From the NCBI GenBank assembly GCA_963799845.1, contig CAWCYI010000006.1, forward strand, positions 64,001 to 128,000: a stretch of 64,000 nt of DNA. Reading direction: 5' to 3'. Positions 60,095-64,000 of this stretch are shown here, piece after piece. Origin of the DNA: an uncultured Nitrososphaerota archaeon. Lineage in GTDB: Archaea > Thermoproteota > Nitrososphaeria > Nitrososphaerales > CADDZS01. Below the pieces are notes generated by a model that did not search any database, was not told the origin of the DNA, and worked only from the letters and a program-made list of their open reading frames with translations. A program made the position numbers and the translations under genes. Numbering within the stretch: position 1 is the first letter of the stretch; the number at the start of each line of letters is the position of its first letter.

Positions 60095-61009
60095 TTGACC
60101 AAAACTGACTCTATGGAAAGTTCGTCGAGCAAGCAGAGTGTCATTAGGGACTATTATTACGTTACAAAGCCGAACGTTATCACTCTGCTCGTTTTTACCG
60201 GAGCCGCTTCCTACGTTGCTTCTGCAGGATGGCATACCAGAATTCTTCAGCTCGTTCTAGTGTGCGCTGCCATCTGGCTGGGATCTGCTGCGGCGAACAC
60301 GGTCGGGAGTTACTTTGACCGGGACGTTGATGCCATTATGAAACGGACGAGAGACAGAGCAATACCCACTGGAAGGATTGCGCCCAAAAATGCCTTAAGA
60401 TACGGCTTGACATTGCTCGCGTTGAGCCTCGTCTTATCGTACTACCTGAACCCAGTTTGCGCTCTCCCCATGGTTGCTGGGTTCCTCGACTATACCGTTG
60501 TCTACAGTTACGGACTGAAGAGAAGAAGTTGGCTGAACATTATCCTCGGAGGGTTTTCCGGAGTGATGCCGGTTCTGATTGGGTTTTACGCAGCCTCAAG
60601 CCCAGTTATCCCGCTGGTTACCGCGGTATTCATGGGATTTCTTGTCTTCTTCTGGATTCCGGAGCACATCTGGTCTCTTGCGATTCGGTTCAGGCAGGAT
60701 TACACAGAAGCAAAGATTCCGATGCTGCCGGTCGTCATTTCAGAGAAACGATCGGTCCAGGTAATTGCTATCACGACGATAATAATGGTAATCTACAGCC
60801 TGGCGCCCCTTCTATTTCCCCAGTTGCATCTTCATCTAGTCTATTTGGGAGTAGCGGGCGGCTTTGGTGCGTTGATGCTAGCCATAAATGTCTGGCTTTT
60901 GAAAGACCCGTCTCCTTCGAAGGCGTGGACTGTCTTCAAGATATCCAGTCCGTATCTTTTCTTTGTTTTCATCGGAATCGTGATCGACGTTCTAGTCTAT
61001 TCACGCTAG
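60095..61009 (+). CDS. cyoE: Heme O synthase (protoheme IX farnesyltransferase)
   Basis: TKP, DRDVDAIMKRTRDR.IP.G, LKRR, FWIPEHIW, DY..A.IPMLPV. Confidence 0.92.
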   Translation: MTKTDSMESSSSKQSVIRDYYYVTKPNVITLLVFTGAASYVASAGWHTRILQLVLVCAAIWLGSAAANTVGSYFDRDVDAIMKRTRDRAIPTGRIAPKNALRYGLTLLALSLVLSYYLNPVCALPMVAGFLDYTVVYSYGLKRRSWLNIILGGFSGVMPVLIGFYAASSPVIPLVTAVFMGFLVFFWIPEHIWSLAIRFRQDYTEAKIPMLPVVISEKRSVQVIAITTIIMVIYSLAPLLFPQLHLHLVYLGVAGGFGALMLAINVWLLKDPSPSKAWTVFKISSPYLFFVFIGIVIDVLVYSR

Positions 61010-61162
61010 AATCCTTCAAGAGCCGAACGCGCCTCTTGTTTCTTGCGGCTCTTTCGTAAATCGACCATTCGAGTAGCATTATCCGAGAGACTCAGATTAT
61101 TCGAAAAGAGGAATTCTAACGTTCCACAAATTGTAAATCCCCACTCTTTTGAATGCCCGTCA

Positions 61163-61897
61163 ATGGCTTCAAAGAAATCATCCACCAATCCCAGGGCAGT
61201 GATATTAGCAGGAGGAATGGGGACAAGGCTGAGACCGTACACCTATTTTGTTCCGAAGCCGATGTTGCCTCTTGGAGACAGGCCTCTCCTTGAGCACCTT
61301 ATTTTGTGGTTAAAGGAGAACGGAGTTTCAGAGTTAGTCTTGTCGGTTAGCTATTTGCACAAGACAATAGAGTCGTACTTTGATTCCGGAAGAGAGTGGG
61401 GAGTTAAGATTTCGTATGTGAGATCCCGGAAACCGCTGGGAATTTCAGGGCAACTCCTCAACGCAAAAGATTTGATCAAATCCACCTTCTATCTGCTATA
61501 CGGCGACTCTGTGTTCGACTTTGATTTGCGAGAAATGTTGAAGCAACATGAAACTACTAAATCCGTTTTGACAATGGGTTTGATGAAGTATGCACAAAAG
61601 CTCCCGTACGGGTTGATTGAAAGGGACTCGGATGGGAATGTAACATCGTGGAGCGAGAAACCGGAGTTTGGTGGTTTGATAAACGTGGGTTGTTATGTTG
61701 TGGAGCCTCGAATCTTCGACTACATTCCACACGGGAAGATGTACGGCTTTGACACGGTTGTCAGAGACATGATCAAGGCCGGAGAAAAAGTATCTTCGTT
61801 TGTCATAGAGGGAAAAGAGTTTCTTGACATCGGAGACGAGAAATCATATCGACGAGTCGACGAAATTTTCATTGAAAAAATGGGTAAAGTACTTTGA
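61163..61897 (+). CDS. Sugar-phosphate nucleotidyltransferase
   Basis: ILAGGMGTRLRP...PKPMLP. Confidence 0.88.
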   Translation: MASKKSSTNPRAVILAGGMGTRLRPYTYFVPKPMLPLGDRPLLEHLILWLKENGVSELVLSVSYLHKTIESYFDSGREWGVKISYVRSRKPLGISGQLLNAKDLIKSTFYLLYGDSVFDFDLREMLKQHETTKSVLTMGLMKYAQKLPYGLIERDSDGNVTSWSEKPEFGGLINVGCYVVEPRIFDYIPHGKMYGFDTVVRDMIKAGEKVSSFVIEGKEFLDIGDEKSYRRVDEIFIEKMGKVL

Positions 61898-63171
61898 ATA
61901 CGAGCGACGCCAGACTAGTAGTTTTCGAGTCTGGCATAAGAGAGAATTTTTACCCGCTCACTTACACCAAGCTTGCATCGGATCTCTTTTTCGGTACCTG
62001 CACCATTCTCGAAGGTATCGAACGGAGGCTCTCAACAAAGTGCACTGATATTTATGCTCCAAAATATCTAGAGGCTTTTGCAAAGGAAGTTCATCCGAGT
62101 GTCGTCGTTAATGATCATAATTCTAGTACATGTATCATTGTAAGTTCGCTTGTCTCCCACAGGGACGAGTTCTGGGGATTTGCCCTGAATGCGATTGAAG
62201 AGCCTGGGCAAGTCATTTACATGGATCACCTCGGAAATCTCGTTTTCGGAAAACTGGACGAATCCAGCCCCTCTCTTCTGGAAAAGAATCTCAGAAAACA
62301 TTCGACGATAAAAAAAATAATACTTCCCGCGGAAATTAGCAATATCGCACTCATCAAATATCCATGGGAGCTCGTGAAAGAAAATCCTGGAAAAATCGCG
62401 TCAGATTTTTCATATCCCTCGAGATTTCAATTGAAATCCACTGATATCGAAGTCAGAGGCAGTAAAGTTTCAATTGCGGAAAATGCTGATGTAGAGCGAT
62501 TTGTGACGTTTGACTCGAGAAAAGGGCCAATAATTATCGACGAAGAAGCGGAAGTAGAAAGCTTCTCTCACCTGACCGGGCCCTGCTTTGTGGGAAAATG
62601 GACGAAGGTAAGATCTGCCAGATTGAGGGAAGGTACTTCGATAGCTTCGGGCTGCAAGGTCGCAGGCGAAATAGACGCATCCATCGTTTCCGAACGCACC
62701 AACAAGAGCCACGACGGCTATCTCGGCCATTCGGTCGTGGGAAGCTGGGTAAATCTCGGCGCCATGACCACGAATTCAGACTTGAAGAACACGTACGGCA
62801 AAATAAGCGTGAAAATGGGCCGGAAACCCATCGACACGGGAGAAATAAAGGTAGGAGTCTTCCTCGGTGACATGTCGAAGACTGCTATTGGTTCTCTTTT
62901 GAGCTCTGGTAGAAAGGTTGGCGTCGGTTCCCAGGTGTTTGGGATTGTATCTGAAGATGTACCCTCCTTCACAATGTATGGCAAATCTCTGGCTGCGCGA
63001 AGCGCGGAGATCTACATTGAAAGCGTTCTTTCGACCCAGAAGAGAATGATGGAAAGGAGGGGATTACACATGACCGATGCGATGGCGTCGCTGATAAGGT
63101 CAATTTATAAAATGACTAAAGGTGAAAGGGCTTTTCAACGGGTGGCAAAGACCCGATTCAAGCTCCCGTGA
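61894..63171 (+). CDS. GlmU-like protein (degenerate nucleotidyltransferase plus left-handed beta-helix)
   Basis: FYPLT, NKSHDGYLGHS.VG.WVNLGA.T.NSDLKNTY. Confidence 0.8.
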   Translation: MNTSDARLVVFESGIRENFYPLTYTKLASDLFFGTCTILEGIERRLSTKCTDIYAPKYLEAFAKEVHPSVVVNDHNSSTCIIVSSLVSHRDEFWGFALNAIEEPGQVIYMDHLGNLVFGKLDESSPSLLEKNLRKHSTIKKIILPAEISNIALIKYPWELVKENPGKIASDFSYPSRFQLKSTDIEVRGSKVSIAENADVERFVTFDSRKGPIIIDEEAEVESFSHLTGPCFVGKWTKVRSARLREGTSIASGCKVAGEIDASIVSERTNKSHDGYLGHSVVGSWVNLGAMTTNSDLKNTYGKISVKMGRKPIDTGEIKVGVFLGDMSKTAIGSLLSSGRKVGVGSQVFGIVSEDVPSFTMYGKSLAARSAEIYIESVLSTQKRMMERRGLHMTDAMASLIRSIYKMTKGERAFQRVAKTRFKLP

Positions 63172-63183
63172 GTTGAAGTTATA

Positions 63184-64000
63184 TTGAAACACGCGCACGT
63201 TTCCGCCAAGAAAATAGAGTCCATACTAGCCTCGGTCTCGAAAATAGACACCTCCGGACTGCGATCAGACTATGACTCCTGGCCAAGTTTCGCCAGGTCA
63301 AGCTGGACCGGTGCTCAAACACCCCAGTTAGAGCGTACATATTCATCAATCGTCTTCGCGGGAATGGGCGGCTCAGGCATAATCGGAGAAATAATTTCTG
63401 ATCTTTCGAACGAGTTAGATTCCCTGAGGGTTGATGTCTTGAAGGAATACCATCTTCCGCGACATTACTCGAATGAGACCCTCGTCGTTGGCGTGAGTGC
63501 GAGCGGAAACACGGAAGAAACCCTTTCTGTTCTGGCAGAGGCAAACAAGAGGGGATTTGATATCTGCACGTTCGGTTCTGGTGGATTGCTGGAAAAGTTT
63601 TCCCAATCAAACCCGAGAATTAGGTTTACGAAAACGTCGATGCTAAAAGTTCCGAGATCATCGTTCCCCGGCCTATTTTATGTCGTGTTGAAATTTATGA
63701 TTCAGAACGGGTATCTCCGTATCTCAGAAGAGCACGTTCAAGATTCGATTGACTGTCTGACCAGGGCTCGAGAGTTATGCCAAAAACCCTCCGCGAAACA
63801 AAACAGGGCTCTGGAGATCGCGGCAGCCCTTTCCCAAGGGAAGAATGCCGTCCCTCTGATTTATTCGTCGAGGAGAACCCGCGCGGTAGGCCTCCGGTTC
63901 AGGCAGTCGCTCAATGAAAACGCAAAGACGCATGGATTCGACGGTGTCGTTCCCGAGCTGTGCCACAACGAGATCGTCGCCTGGGACAGAAATTCAACCG
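63184..64000 (+). CDS. Bifunctional phosphoglucose/phosphomannose isomerase (partial, runs off the window; not in ORF track)
   Basis: IVFAGMGGSG, VSASGNTEET, LNENAK, PELCHNEIVAW. Confidence 0.88.
   Translation, partial: MKHAHVSAKKIESILASVSKIDTSGLRSDYDSWPSFARSSWTGAQTPQLERTYSSIVFAGMGGSGIIGEIISDLSNELDSLRVDVLKEYHLPRHYSNETLVVGVSASGNTEETLSVLAEANKRGFDICTFGSGGLLEKFSQSNPRIRFTKTSMLKVPRSSFPGLFYVVLKFMIQNGYLRISEEHVQDSIDCLTRARELCQKPSAKQNRALEIAAALSQGKNAVPLIYSSRRTRAVGLRFRQSLNENAKTHGFDGVVPELCHNEIVAWDRNST

Noticed and set aside
364-63966. Numerous antisense or overlapping ORFs in the track (e.g. 3575-4123, 40513-41130, 60457-61059, 63179-63610)
   Set aside because: Shadows of well-supported genes, with no recognisable motifs

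Overview
Archaeal chromosomal window. Gene content and the form of the splicing-endonuclease subunit point to Nitrososphaerota/Thaumarchaeota (inference). Most of it is housekeeping: 2-oxoacid:ferredoxin oxidoreductase, sufC, a peptide/sugar ABC locus with a GH4 glycosidase, dys, fen, cdc48, ribosomal/KEOPS/serS cluster, non-oxidative pentose phosphate genes, rfcL, archaeal lipid genes, F420 genes cofEDC and cyoE. Three things stand out. (1) A 5.56-kb AT-rich mobile element (48007-53566) has perfect ~108-bp terminal inverted repeats ending in C9/G11 runs and sits in a palindromic TATA box (TTTATAAA on both sides). It encodes a wHTH, an atypical DDD-type rve integrase with a ~60-aa insertion, and ten tightly packed virus/plasmid-like small genes, and it is itself interrupted by an IS3-family element. 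(2) A 44-nt bulge-helix-bulge-type intron interrupts the conserved THCN|AG motif of the protein-coding gene mtnA. (3) Two tRNA genes have non-canonical introns, including a tRNA-Arg(TCG) with three introns, two of them tandem and apparently needing ordered splicing. Many genes carry single-base indels, probably from assembly error, so pseudogene calls are tentative. All calls are by eye; no database searches were run.
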